A stretch of DNA of 59,399 nucleotides, counting the filler, from Bipalium vagum (taxonomy: Eukaryota): assembly GCA_037834085.1 (NCBI GenBank). It is 3 parts of 3 records of this genome, joined end to end, with 100 filler letters (N's around TTAATTAATTAA, not from the genome) between each part and the next. Parts side by side here need not be neighbours in the genome. Positions count along the whole stretch, not along the records: positions 1 to 15,633 come from JBBMKC010154514.1; positions 15,734 to 38,742 come from JBBMKC010214585.1; 1 more part is not named here. One strand, 5' to 3'. Positions 12,500 through 27,079 of the stretch are shown here, piece after piece. Each line of letters opens with the position of its first letter. Within the stretch, counting starts at the first letter, position 1. The notes below the pieces were generated by a model. The model was not told the DNA's origin. It saw only the letters and a program-made list of their open reading frames with translations, and did not search any database. The position numbers and the translations under genes are program-made.

Positions 12500-14660
12500 G
12501 TATTGTGTATAGAAACTAGTTCGGTTCTAAATTTCTAAGAGGCAAATCGTCCGTATATTGAACGTTTATCTAGAACTCATTCATTTTCGCGGCCACGATC
12601 TCCAAGTTCCTTCTGGCTTGCCTAACAATTTCAGTATCCTGATGCTTGTGATCATGTACACTGGCATGTAGACCTACTTTGTAACCCAAGACGATTTCAA
12701 AATGAGAAAACTTTGTAAATAAGTATTAATACTGAATTCGATTTTTGGTATTTGTGTCAGTTTTATTTTTCACATCTTTCCTTTAACCATTTAGTGATCA
12801 TGTGTCAAATCATCCTTATTATTCTTTCTACTAATTCATTTAGTTGATGTTAATAGGGTGAACTGAACTCAAGCTTAATTTTCAACTCCTTCCATTTTTG
12901 CTATAACCATGAACTTCTCTCTTCTCTCTATCTGTCAGAATACTTTTTAATCTACCGAATTTGTAAATTCACTGATTCATCACGATCTTGAAGATGGACT
13001 TATCATCCAGTTTCGTCAATGCACTAACCAGTTTACTGAATAGATCGATAATTAAAATTAATTATTTATAACACGCACCAGCCTTATCCATATAGACCAC
13101 TTGAACTACATCTGTCCCATTAAATGTGAAATTCTTCTGGAAATAAGAATCTCTTTTGTGCTTGTTTGATCTATTTTTCGCTTTGCATAGATAATACAAT
13201 TTTTCAAGCATATATTGATCGATCTTCACATCAACAGCCAGAAATATAGGTACTTTAAATAATAAATATTTTCTTAATTCCGAAATGATACAAATCCGAG
13301 TAATTTTCTTTCAAAATTTCTCCGACAGATTCTTCTGGGATTATAATCAGATCTCATTCATCTTTTTTAACGCATCCACCACGGTTAGATCATTTCTCCA
13401 TTGATAAAATTTAATTTTTTGAACTTTTTCCTGTATGTCACCCCCCCTCTCTCTCTTTCCTGGGTACATTATATTCAAGCTCGTGTTTAATAAGTGTCTG
13501 GATCCAAAGGTAATAACTGCTTCTCTCCCTTTTCAGGGATTTTACTCAAAATACCCCTAACCACACTAAAACTAGCGTCTGTGTCCAGGACAAAAAACGA
13601 ACTTCTCGGAAAAGCCAAAATTGGAACCTGGTATAATCTAACCTTCAATTCTTAAAATCTCTTCCTCCATTAGTCAATTGATTGTAGTTTTTCCTTTCCA
13701 TCAGAAATTCCGGTGTACAGTGGGACCGCCATATCCGATAAATTATTTTCGATAAAATATTTATAATAATTTGTTAACCCCAGAAAAGATATCAATTGAG
13801 ACAAAGAACCAGAAGGTTCGACCTTAAATATCTCTTCAATCTTTTTTTCGTTGGTTAGAATTCCGTCGACGCTAACCATGTGACTCAGGAGATCAATTGA
13901 TAATGAAATTTACATTTGGCTGGATTCAACTTCAAACCCTGAAATTACTCCAGCTGCAATAAGCTGCGATACTATTTCATCAATTTTTGCTTCTAAATAC
14001 AACGGTTGTAACTGTATTCTATTAAACATCCGTATCTTCTTTACACATCGATTTCTATTCAGAGTTATTGGCTAGACCCCACACATGAAATGATTTTTAT
14101 TTGTCCGTATCATCTTAAAACTTTCACCTTGATATATTCCATCAATGTCTTCATGAATACACAATACTGGCTTAAGCTCTATCTTCAGACCCTTTTCCAA
14201 AAGTAGGCAGACCGAAAACGATGTCCGTACTTCCTACATATGCGGCATAAATTCTTAAATATTCTCAACTACCGCAAAATAAACATTAACCTGTACGAAG
14301 TTGTTCGTCTCTTGGTGTTCCTAAACCCATATATTTATTATAGAGCCGTCTAGTAATTTTTTCATGAAAATGCTAGAGGGTCTCTCTTCGACCAACAGAA
14401 TCGGTTTCATGTATACTTTGTCTCTACATCACGGACATTATGATGGTAGTATCATGAGATTCTACCATGATCATCCCACCATGCTGATTAGAAATAAGTC
14501 ATATATGCTAAGCCATTGGTCGATTTCTTTTATCAAATGCTCTGATTGCGACGAGCGCTAATTTAGGGATCTGAAAATTTAATATCTTCTGCGCCTGATT
14601 TGGTAAAGCACCCAGAAGCTTTTTCTTTCTTGTCTTCTCGTAACGACATGAATTTTTTCG
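12500..14660 (-). mobile_element. degenerate Ty3/Gypsy LTR retrotransposon (gag-pol remnant)
   Basis: FNPAKCKF, HMVSVDGI, FLGLTNYY (RT C-terminus); PILAFP...FVLDTDAS (RNase H); many stops and frameshifts. Confidence 0.8.
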
Positions 14661-15633
14661 GTATAATTGCCGCCTTCTTTTAAATTAATTATTTAAACTG
14701 ATTCAAGTTTTAAAAAGTTTGTATTTAAACTAAAGTATTATATAATCTCTAACTAATAGACCACAGTAGATTCTTTAGTATGATATGAGAAATTATTCCT
14801 GAGACAAGAAAATATATTATTTAATAATATCTACAAAACAGATTCTTTATATACACACATCGTCTATTGCTATACCAAAAAACCATCAGTGTAACATAGA
14901 TTTTAAGAACATTTATAGAACATTTTAATTCGATAATATAAAAAATTATTTTTAATTAAATTTAATTATGACATTCCAATAGATATAATACTGCCAATGT
15001 ACCTTGTCTGAAATTTTACTAAAAAATCCGAATTTATCCATGTTTCACTTCACTTTACTGAATAATTTTTTAAGCCATGTTTGCAATTTGGGGCAATGAA
15101 AGTTTGATATTTTGAATCGAAAGTTTACCATTTATTTGTTATTCTAATATTTGATATCAATAAAAGAGTAAAATAATTGATCGTTGTTTTAATTATTATA
15201 ACATTATTTAAGAACTGAGCATAATTATTGGGTAACATTATTAATTTATATGAATTAAACTTTCTACGGAAATTTAGGAAAATTTATTAAATTAAATTAG
15301 ATATTGTATAATATTAAATTATTATAATTATTATATAAAGTTATAATAAATTAAAGTTAAATAATAAATTATTATGAAGTTATATATGATATTTATCTAA
15401 ATTTATTAAAATAAGGTTATAAGAAATAGAATTTGTTTTTTCTATTAGGATTTTTACTTTTAAAAGTGCGCTTTATGAAAGAAAATATTTATTTATTTAT
15501 ATTTATATTTTTCATTTTTACATGAAATAAAAAAACATTTTAATGGTAAACAAAATGAATATAAATTCATTTCCACTTATTTTCATTTTACTATAATCTA
15601 ATAAATTAAATTATTATTATATAATTATTATAT

Positions 15634-15733
15634 NNNNNNNNNNNNNNNNNNNNNNNNNNNNNNNNNNNNNNNNNNNNTTAATTAATTAANNNNNNNNNNN
15701 NNNNNNNNNNNNNNNNNNNNNNNNNNNNNNNNN
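15634..15733. other. assembly gap with artificial six-frame-stop linker
   Basis: 44 N + TTAATTAATTAA + 44 N. Confidence 0.95.
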
Positions 15734-17079
15734 TTATTATTATTATTATTATTGGATTAATTTAATTTGACACTACATTTTTTCAAATATGGTGTCCGAT
15801 TTTACTGATATAAACACAAACCAACAGATACATATTTAATTGGTTCAATTAATCGGTGAGCACGTCTGTGTTGTGTGCAATCGTAGATGAAATTAAATGG
15901 ACGAAAACAGCAACAAACGGTTGAGTATAGCGATGTAATAATTATTTTTTTTAATTTTCCTTATTTTTATTTTTAATATATATTAATAGCTTAATTTTTT
16001 TATATCAATATTATTTATTTTTATTATTATTATTTTATTTTTCTTTTAATTTTAAAAAAATTTTACATAGGAAATTTTTATTATTTAATATTATTATTAA
16101 TTTTTAATTTATTAATATTATTTTTAATATTAATACTTCATTATTAATTTAATTATTGTTATTATTATTATTTATTATTATTATTATACATATGAATTTT
16201 AAGAAAATTTAATCTCATTCTTGGCAGGCTATGGTGAGGTAGATACTGATTCTCGGATGTCCGGAGGTGAAGGTAGGGTTGAAAATTCAAGAAAATAGAC
16301 CCCACCGAAAGACGAAATCAACGACCCCCTCCGACCATCTTGCTGAAAGAAGAAAGAGAAAAATGTGAGTAAAACCTGCCAAAATCGCTCCCCCTTCTCC
16401 GCCGGACTAAAGCCAGCTTGGAATTTAATTATTATTATTTAATTATTTCGTAAAGTCATCTCATGATTGTTATTTCTTCGAAGACATGCAAATGTAAAAT
16501 GAATTAATTAAAATATTATTTCTGTCGAATTTTATTATTTTATTATTATCCAATACTTTTAATCTGATCAGGAGATTTATTTATTTTTAATAAAAAATTA
16601 TCATTGAGTATTTATTTATTATTATTGACAAATATTATTAATAATAATAATTTGATAAGATTAAAAATTATTATTAAAATTATTAAAAATAAATTTATAA
16701 ATAATACCAAATTTTAAATTAAAATTATTATTAAAATTTTAAAAATATTATTTAAATTATTACAAAAAATATTAGTAAAAAAAAGAATAATCATTTTTAT
16801 TTGACTCGGGGGATCAATTAAAAATGATGACAATTTAAAATTATGCAATCAAAATTAAGGGATCAATCAGCAATCTTGATAACTTAAAATGCTAACATTG
16901 ATTTATGAAATGGATGATGGAATACGTTTTGCTCAAAAAAGTAATGGATTGTGAAGAAAAAACGATGAAATAAAGATAACCTTGGTTGAAAATGTTTTAA
17001 TAAGAATTGTATAAAATATAAATGTTGGGTGTCCATAAGAAATCATTCCTTTTTTGAAGGTTCCTTAATATAATAAACA

Positions 17080-17290
17080 GAATGGGCAACAGGTTTGTTG
17101 TTATTCAATATTTTAAAAAATATGTCGAAATAAAGCAGATTGCTTTGCGAAAGTAGTTGACCAACGAAGAAATAAAGTTAAAGAATATTACCAATGGCAT
17201 CCAATCATCTTAGGCGGACCTGGCCGCATTGTTCAAATTGTTGAAACAATGCTTTGCCACAAGGTCAAAGCTCATAGAGGCAGAGGGTAA
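17080..17290 (+). mobile_element. Merlin (IS1595/ISXO2-like) transposase fragment
   Basis: LGGPGRIVQIVETMLCHKVKAHRGR matches the Merlin GGPGxIVQIDE...KYHRGR motif. Confidence 0.75.
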
Positions 17291-19399
17291 AACTTAGGGA
17301 GGGTATTTAAAATGGTTCAATAAAATATGGTAAAAAAATATGGATATTTAAGATGAACCNNNNNNNNNNNNNNNNNNNNNNNNNNNNNNNNNNNNNNNNN
17401 NNNNNNNNNNNNNNNNNNNNNNNNNNNNNNNNNNNNNNNNNNNNNNNNNNNNNNNNNNNNNNNNNNNNNNNNNNNNNNNNNNNNNNNTTGAAGATCCCAT
17501 GTCGCGTGATATACGAATAGATTGAAAATTATATACTTTAAATATGACATACTTAAGAAATTAAATATAAATTATAATTTTATATGCATAAGAACAAATA
17601 GATTTTATTGTTTTTTAAAAAAATAAAATTATTCAAAATTAATGAAGATAAATAATATTTTTTTATTTTTAGTTATTATTTTTATTAAATTTAAAATTAT
17701 TATAAAAGATTATATACAAAATTTTATTTATATTATTTAAATTTTATTTCTTTGAGTTTGAAAAATATTATAAAAATTTAATTAAAATCAGAATCGAATT
17801 GTTGCTTTTGCAATGAAGAATAAATAAAATAATAATAATTATTATTATTGTTTTTTGATTTTTTCTACTATCATTGATAAAATTCGTAAGTGATAAAGAA
17901 AGGTTATTTAAGAAATTAATCCAACTTTCGATCTTGAGAGATAAAATTAATTAACGAAATTGGAGATGGTAAAAATCATTTTATTTACTTCAATGGAAAC
18001 TTAATTGCTGTCTTAGTAATCAACTGGAAAAATAATAATTGAAAACTAAATAAATTAATATATTTTCTAATATTTTTTATTAAATAAAATATTTAAATTA
18101 AATTCATACGTGGATTTTACTCTAACACAATTCTAAGAAAAATTCTCAGAAATTTTTCGTTAATTTTATTTTTCGTTTTCAGAATCAAAAAATCAAAGGA
18201 ATATTCTTCTCATATAATATTTTACATTGGTATTTAATCCACTTTTAAATAGAAATGATTGGTCAATATGATATTTGTCACATTGACTACCCTAAGGGTG
18301 TATACTAATTAGCTAAAATAATGGATGTTATAATTAAATCCTATTTCACTTGGATATCCAAGTGTTCTCATTCCTAAAAATCAGCTTCTGGAAAAAGCTT
18401 CATGACAAAGAGTCTTAATTTTAAGAACCAACAGATTTTAACGTAATTATCATTTTTATTTTCATTAAAATCACTATCAATATGACACATTCGATCTTTT
18501 TTGGTTTTTTATCATGATCTTAGCACATTTTTTAATAGTCAGACATATATTTATGATAGTAGGTGAATTTTTTCTACGTCTTTAAAATGGAATAACCCCT
18601 CCATTTTATTTTTAGGAACATAACGTTTTTATCAATGTAAGTTAGATAAAAATAATGTTTAATTAAATATGTCTGCAAGAATATATGTTAAAGCTAAATT
18701 TTAACGTTTGGAAATAATGTATTAATTATAATCTTACATTAAAAAGCGAATTCAAAATTTTAAAGAATGTTAAAAAATGTTTTTAATAATATATCAGAAT
18801 AATTGATTTGTTTAAATATTAAAGTAATGGAGATCAATTTTTGAAAAATATCCAAAATATTTTGCGAAATAAATATCAGGTAACGAACTAAGTTTTTTTG
18901 TTTTTTAATTAAAAACTGAACTAAGACTGAAGTTAAATTTAATGTATTAATCATAAAACATTATTAAACAATAAATCATCCAGATATTCCCCATCTTTTT
19001 CTATTACTGCCTCCATCTATTTAGAAGTTTATTGATCCAAGTATTAAAGAAATCTCGATCTTTTGAATGAAAGAAAGAAAGTACTTCATTCTTTATCTTT
19101 GGAACTCTTAAAATTTTTGTGATTTGTCCAACGAACTTTTGGATAATGATTAATAACATAAATTATACAGTAAATTTGAAATTTTAAGCAACAAACTAAA
19201 ACAAAGAAAATTAAAATCGGTAGATAAATGAGAATCTGAGGGGCTAACAATTAAAACAACTGCAAAAAACGAAGAAACTTAATTCGTTACCTGATATTTT
19301 GAATGCATAGCTGATTTTTGTTTGGAAGAAGTAGAGAAAAGAGCTAAAACCTATTACAGGAAAAGAATCATTTCTAATGATAAATATGAAAGAAAAAAA

Positions 19400-19860
19400 G
19401 ATAATATCCATTGGAACCTATATTTCAATACTATAGTCCTAGGAATACTTATTACCAGGCCTTGTTAAAAAGATTCGTAGGAGAAAACAGTATTTTAACA
19501 AAACAAGTCATTATTGTTTCACAAGAATTCCATTCTGCATTGCAGAAGCGCCAGAAACGTCCCAAGAACAAATGAAGAAAATACTGGTACTGGTGATACA
19601 TACAAACTCTTTTTATGAAGATAGGAAGATATATGTAGCAAGACGGTATAGAAAATGATTTTGAGAGGATCACAAGAGATATTCAGGAAGATTTCACAAT
19701 TTCCAGTGGAAAACAATTTAGTGAAACAAGAGAAAACAATATTGATTCTCACCCTGTTTGTCAAATGTGGCATTCTGAAGTATTTGTTAAAAATTTTCTC
19801 TGCTTCTACATCTTTTAGAGTAATTCTTCCTCTCAATTAAAATTTCCAAACTTGAAAGAA
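19400..19860 (+). mobile_element. Ty3/Gypsy reverse transcriptase remnant
   Basis: IPFCIAEAPETSQEQM resembles MPFGLxNAPxTFQ; heavily frameshifted. Confidence 0.45.
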
Positions 19861-21899
19861 GTTAAATTTATTTAAAGAAATGAAGTTTTTCTTTTTTTAT
19901 GAAACATTAACCATTGTTTCTTACTTAAGACCATATACAAATGTATATGGTAAGTAGAAAGTACTGCTTATAATATGGGTTTTAACAGGAAGAAGTTTAC
20001 AAAGATATTTTATATTCGTTTTCCTTAACATAAAGTCACTGATGCGTATTTAACTTGCGCCGCAAGTCTAGCTAAATGAACGCCGCCACATTTTTTTTGC
20101 TATGTTACGTCAAATTTCGGTGATCTTTCTACTTGTGGTCACTCACTCAGTCAAGCCAAGTCGCTTAAATAATCTTGGCAATTTAATTAATGTATACTGT
20201 TTATTATGACACAATAACATTTATGTTCATCATTGTACGTGTTTGATCTTACAGTCTCTTGAAGTTTTCTTTGGTCCTAATTTAATATCGTTTTTATTTG
20301 TTTTAATTATCTAGAAAAACTTTAACAAGTCATTTGTTTCACAATATTTTGTCAGGGTCATATTAATTTGTTTCGTATAAATAAATCAATTTCAAAATGG
20401 TTTTACTGTTCCCCTATCTCAAACAAGTTTCATACATTACAAATATCCTTTACCTTTGATAAGAACTCTCTCTTTGATTCTTAATTGACAATTTCCATTA
20501 TTGTAATTCGTAAAAGTTGTGAATTAATAAAGTAAAGTGAAAACAGTCTTTGGCCCATTCCTCGGGTCAATATTAAATAAATGCACTTTATTTAAATTTT
20601 GTGAACTGAATCAAAGCTAATTGTATTAATTTATCAATAGTAAAGTTCTGTTTAATGTCAATACAGAAATCAGAGAATATAAATGAGATTTTTATTCCGT
20701 GGAAAATGTTTCGAAATATACAGAATTAAAAGTCACTGGTTTTTTTGTTAATTTGATACAGGTCCCTTTAGATTATTTATCATAAATAATTTCTATGAAA
20801 TATTATCTATTTAATTTTATTCACAATGTCATCTGAACTCCCACCGGACTTTTAAAATAAAAACTCTAACAATGATCAAAATTTCAGTTAATCATACTTT
20901 TATCCTTTATAGAAAAATATAATTTAATATTCAATAATGCTTTATAATAATAATATTATTAATAATAATAAATACATAAATAATCATCATAATAATAAAA
21001 GAAAAATAATATTAAATAATAGAAAAAGTAATAATAATAATAAAGATAAAAATAAAAATAATATTATTATTAATAGATGATAATAATAATAAAAAATATT
21101 AAAAATAAATAATAATAATAACAATATGGATTTCATGAGAAAAAATTAATATATGATTAGCAAATAATTTTTGATACTTCCAATCCTCTCAATTCTCAAA
21201 CATCTATCAATATTAAAATAATGAAAAATTGAAAATAATTAAAAGTTTTGTATCAAACGCATATATTGTACCAAGACAGAGTTCAGTGATAAAAAAAATA
21301 AATAATAAATTAGGATGGAGGGTGACGAATTTTTAACTTTACAATTCAAATGCAAATGCCAATCATAAATGAACAATATTTTCAATAGAAATTTTAATTT
21401 CCATCAAACATTAACAATTTTAATCCAGCCCAAATCAATTATTTATACTTTTATCTTTGACAAATTTTTGATTATATTATACCAGGCAAATGTGAAAAGA
21501 AGTCAATCATTTTTGTTTACAACATTGCACAGGGATCTCACTTTTTATAAACTGCTATCTTTTCGGACCGATTTCACCAATTGGGGATAATGTATTTCAT
21601 TTTGAAGTTCATTTCAGAGAAGGTGAAGTTTATGAAGGTTGGTTTCTCTTTGTTGTTCTTAGGGCATGTTTCTTGAAGTGGATTAATTTAAGTTTAGTTG
21701 TGATATTTTCAAGAAACATGGAATCATGGACTTTGTTTTCCAAAGATATTTTTGTTGAACCTTCATTTCTGATTTAATGATGATAACAAGTATTTTGACA
21801 TTTTTCTGATAGTCTGTTGTAGAATAATCTTCGTGGCTCTCATTTATCTTTTACATTTTCGTTTATTTTTAAGTTTTTAACACTTCTTCATGCATATGT

Positions 21900-22563
21900 A
21901 TGAATACATGTTATGTATCCACGTTTCATTATATTATATATATCATTTGGATTTCCATTAAAAACACTTCAACATAGTTTTGAATCATTAACTCGTAGTT
22001 GCTTTTGATCGATTGTCAAATTGCGTGGCATCCATTTTGCGACAAGCTTTTTCATTTCCAATTCAACTTGAATTTTTTTCCAAACACTATTGACTGATAT
22101 CTTTGCGAGGTTAGATAACTCGCGGATTTTGATTTTTCGATTATTCATAATTGCTTCATCGATTTTTTCAATGTTCTCTAACAAAACCACTTCAATTGGA
22201 CGACTGCTTCGTCCAGAATCTGTGCTTATTCGACCGCGTTTAAAGTCAGCGAACCAATATTTTTTACCGTTGAATATGAAGGAGCAGAATCACCACAATA
22301 TTTATCCAGTTTTCCTTTTGCTTTTTTGGTGTTTTTTTTCGTAAAAAATAATGCTTAATCAATATGCGGAATTCACCCTTTTCCATCTAAAAAATCTAAA
22401 ATGAATATGTAATTTTAATGTTAGTGGATAATTTAAGCAAATTGATAGATTGCATTAAAATTTGGAATTTCATAGTTTAAAAGAATGCACTTTTCATTAA
22501 TTTTGGTAATTTTTTACTATTAGTGTGTTTTCATGTTCGGTCCAGGGTTTTTTCGAACGACCT
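21900..22563 (-). mobile_element. mariner transposase N-terminal half
   Basis: TIR-like end TAGGTCGTTCGAAAAAA; WFADFKRGR...RSSRP...IRELSNLAKIS...KKLVAKWMPRNLT (WVPxxL motif). Confidence 0.85.
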
Positions 22564-24569
22564 AGTAGTTGATGATTCAAGGAATGCAAACATATTTTTA
22601 AGTTGGTTGAGAATAGGAAACCTGCTACGTTATTACCCATTGTAAGGTCATTGTTTATCAGGGTGCTATTAAGCTTACTCTCAATTGTCTAAAGACGTCG
22701 AAAAAATAATCCCATTCTTATTGAAAATAATTATTTTTTATCAGTTTTAGTGCAAATCGTATTATTCTATCTATTTATATTACCACAATATTAAGTCTGT
22801 TTCAATATTATTAGTAAAAAATCTATATTAGATCACTCAAAAGGTTAAAACTGTATCACAATTGTATTTTAACATAAATTATTTGATTTACTATTTCCCG
22901 AATTTCCATTTCTAAAAGTGGTCATCAAATATTAAAAAAAAAATACTACTTTAAGCAAACCTTTTCCATTAGCTAATTATGCATAAGTAAAGGGCGAATT
23001 TTAATTCTCTTATTTTCTGTTGATTTTTTATTTGAAAATCGCGTCTTAATATTGTTTAATATATTCTATTTGTTAATAAATATTAAGAATATATACGAAC
23101 ACCAGTTTTCATTAATTTAAATTGTTCACTTTTTATTATTATTAAAATTGGCAATATAATAAACACTATTTTATCAATCATTTCCTACTGTTCTCAAATT
23201 ATTTCTCCCCCCCCCCCCTTTTTTTTTATTAATTTTCAATATTTTCAATTATTTATGTTAATTTTTTTATTAGGTTAGCAAAATTTAAAAATTATTTTAA
23301 TAATTTAAAATATTGTGTTTATATCTCATTTTATGTAAATTTTCCATTGTATAATCTTTATTAACATCTATTGATTTACAATCAATAGGAGAAGGATTTT
23401 TTAATGATTTATTTATTAACGTAAATAATCTTAATTTTCAAACCAAATTTATCAAACCATGTGATTTTAATCTCATTATAAATTATATGAAATACTTTTA
23501 AATTCTAACATTATTAATTTAATAAGCCCTTAAAATACATTAATAAAATTAAATAATACTTTATATATATATAATATTATATATAATTATTATATGAGGT
23601 AATACTAACCAGTAACAAATATAAAAATCGCATCGAAGACAACCCACCATTTCAATAATGAATGTTGTAAAAATAATGGAGACATTAGTTACCTCAGAAC
23701 ATTCCTTAGTGAGAATTCTCAATAAGTATTGAATATTAACATTTAGTGAATATGATTATTTCAGTTAGTAAAAAGAAAAATAACACTCAACAATTTGTCA
23801 AGACTGTCTTTGGATTGAAAGAGCCCTCAGCTAAATGTTTTTACAGTATTTTGAACATAGTAATTCATGAAAGGCAACACTAACAATAATACTGTGAACT
23901 GTAAAAATAAAATAATTAAAAATATTTTCACACCATTTTGTACTTGGTAATTAAAGATTTGAAAGTAACTAATTTGAGCTATGAAACAGTTTCTGTTAAC
24001 CAAAATGAACATCTTTTTATAAGTTTGAAAAAACCATAGAATTCCAAAATGAAATCTGTTTGCCTCTGTCGCGAGATCTTGTGCAGGTTATCTTCATGTC
24101 AAATTACAGCTTTAGGTATAAATGACTGAAGTATATCGATGAAATAATATCGTTATCATAAATTAGTACCAAAAGAACAAAACTATTGTTAAAATAATCA
24201 AAATGTCTAGGATTTCAAATGCAACTTAAACTAATATCCTTTTTTATGCGTAATATATCTTCAAATTAGGCATTATTAATTAATGAAAAATGTCTTATTC
24301 TTTAGCTGGTTTCTCAAAGGTTTAATTTTAAAGATACAAATACTTACAATTGATTTTATTGGTGAATTTTATCATTTTCTTCTTTTTCTAAAGATTTTTG
24401 AGAGTTTTTTCCTTTTTATTTGGCTGTTTAAACTAAAATTGATGTCCATTTCAAAAATGTTCCTATTTCATATTATTTGTATTCTGTAAAAATTTTATTC
24501 TGAGATTTCACATCCTCATTACTTTTAATATAATTTTTATAATATAAGTCAACATGCCATATCTCAAAA

Positions 24570-24951
24570 TCCACATTAGAATGGTTGCGGGAAAAAAGGT
24601 CGGTATCGTCATGGCCAACTGCCTCCGCTGACCTCGATCCAATTGAAAATCTTTGGGAACTAATGAAAATGAGGTACGAGAAAGACAGTTAAAAGATGCG
24701 GAACATTTATAGATAGATAGATACAGTAAATTTTGGATGGAATCTCTGTTGAAACTATCAAGTTATTATTCGAAGCAAGCCAACAAGAATTGAAAGCTGT
24801 CTTGAGAAAATGGGGGCCAAATTAAATATTAATATTTATTGTTTTATTGAAATAAATCTGTGTAATGTTTATCAAATTTTAAATTTTAAATTAAAGTATA
24901 TTAGTCTTAAAAATTGATAAGAACTAACCTCCACTTTTTATTGTGACAACT
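24570..24951 (+). mobile_element. Tc1 3' remnant
   Basis: SADLDPIENLWELMK resembles SPDLNPIENLW; TIR-like end before TA. Confidence 0.7.
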
Positions 24952-25177
24952 ATACTAACAACTTTATGTTACTGATCTATTTTTGCAATTTTATTTACAA
25001 TCTGTCATTTAATAAGACAATTTTTTATTAACAGTTTTTCTGTAAAAATTCTTATCAGAAATTTCTTGAACAAAAATCTCAAGAAACACAATAACAATTA
25101 AATAAAAATAACTTTATTACAACCAATTATATTTTATATTTATAATATTAAATTTAGTAAATAAATAAATATATTTA

Positions 25178-25495
25178 TATTAGGCTGTTCAAAAAATAAT
25201 GTCGTTTTTCAATATAGAACTTTGAAAGCATATATTTTAATAAAAAACATAGCTAATCAAAATAAAATCCATTTGAATCAATACACTTTCGCCAACAAGT
25301 CACAAGTTTATTTATACCATTTGCATAAAAGTCCGTACCTCTAGTAGCGATGAAATTATTGAAGGCTTGTTTGGCATCGTCTTAATTTCTGAAACACTTA
25401 TCTTCAGAAAATTCTGCAGATGTTTCAAAAAGTGATAATCTGTGGGCGAGAGGTTCGGTGAGTAAGCTGGATGAGGCAGGATGAAACCTTCCACC
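25178..25495 (-). mobile_element. mariner 3' remnant
   Basis: LPHPAYSPNLSPTDYHFLKHLQNFL; TIR TATTAGGCTGTTCAAAAAATAATGTC. Confidence 0.88.
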
Positions 25496-26059
25496 AGTTA
25501 GACTATTGGCTAACCGCGTTGAATATATCTGAGTTGGATGAGTATATGGCGGATCATCACCTAAGGGTTGAAAGGAATATACCTTTTAAATTGAAATTAC
25601 TGCATAAATATAAGTTATTGAGGATTGCTGTCAGTGAAGCGGTTGTTGAAAGATATTTTGGAGTACATTAGTGGGTACATACATCTATTAGATCAATGTT
25701 GAAAAATGATATTGTTGAAGATATATTATTCATAACTTATAATTATAATGATGAGAATAATTTGAACGAAGAAAAATATAATTTTAGTTATTCTGAGAAA
25801 ATTTGTGTAACTCTTTTTGATAAATAAGATTTTGAAATCTGGGTTATATTTGTTATATTAATGTAAAATATATTTCAACTAATGTGGTTGTTCTTTATTT
25901 AAGTTGGTTATGCAAATGTTATGCAATATATAAACCATAAAACAACCCGAAGCCGACCTGAAAACCGTAACCTTAGCCCGAGACCCGTAAAATCCACCAA
26001 TGGCCCATCCGGTCCAATTCCAGTTTATGATTGCTTTCTTAGACGTTTGTAAGAGAAAA

Positions 26060-26260
26060 TCTGTATCCAAATTCGAAAAAGGATAAATCGTTGCCTTTCA
26101 ACAATTGAGAAAAGTTGAAAAGAAATCGGGTAACTTATCAATAAAAGTGAAAGGGTTGTCAGATAATATTTGAAAAATGTTAAAAATTATGCAAAAATTA
26201 AGTTGCCAGGAAGTCCAGAAATTATGACCAAACGGGACGCCAATGATGAGAGCTTAATAC
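26060..26260 (+). mobile_element. Tc1/Tc3-like HTH remnant
   Basis: SKFEKG*IVAF...YLKNVKNYAKIKLPGSPEIMTKRD. Confidence 0.5.
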
Positions 26261-27079
26261 CTGTAGAAGTCATTCAGAACTTGAATATTAGCGTTCTTGA
26301 AAAAATACTCATGGCATTTACCAATAATGGAGCATTTATTAAATACAACATTTAAAAATTGTTGTTTATTTCCTTTTTACGTTGTTGTTCTATGATTTTA
26401 ATTTTAACTGAGTCTAAGATTTAGAAACACACCATATAATGGTAAAATATGATATAATATAATAACATAGACTTGTTTATATAATTAAAACCATTAATAT
26501 ACTTAATTCACTGATATATCATTAAAACAAAATATTTATGTAATGACAGTCATTATATGCTTTTCTTTTTATGAAATCTTGAAGAAATTATGAAAAGATT
26601 TGCCGTCTACCATATACATATAACATTATAATTATTAAATACCCTTTCTTTGTCGGTCCTTATAGAGGGAAATAAGAAATTCAGCCGCAGTCCAGAACAA
26701 TATTACTAAACACATTTTAAACATTTCTCTTGTGGTTTCATTGTCAATTTAATTATTATATTCTTTAAAAATAACTAATTTGATTATCCCTAATGAAATA
26801 ATTTTCATAATCGAAATTTTTTTGATTACTGACTTCAATTCTAATTTGGAATTTTTCTTTGAATTTTCAGATAATTTCTAAGATAACCATAAATTTTAGA
26901 ATTAGATTTTTAAAATTTAAATCAGAATTAAAAATAGACAAAAAATAAAAATTGACCTGTTAAAAAACATCTTTTAAAATTTTTATTTATTATTTAAAAA
27001 AATATTAATTTTCCTTTGTTTATTTGTAGAATTAAATAGGAAAATAATAAAAATTAAAGAACTATTTTTATTTTAAATA

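Noticed and set aside
15678-15689. TTAATTAATTAA palindrome inside Ns (also 38787-38798)
   Set aside because: Identical 44N-12-44N layout twice; an artificial scaffolding linker.
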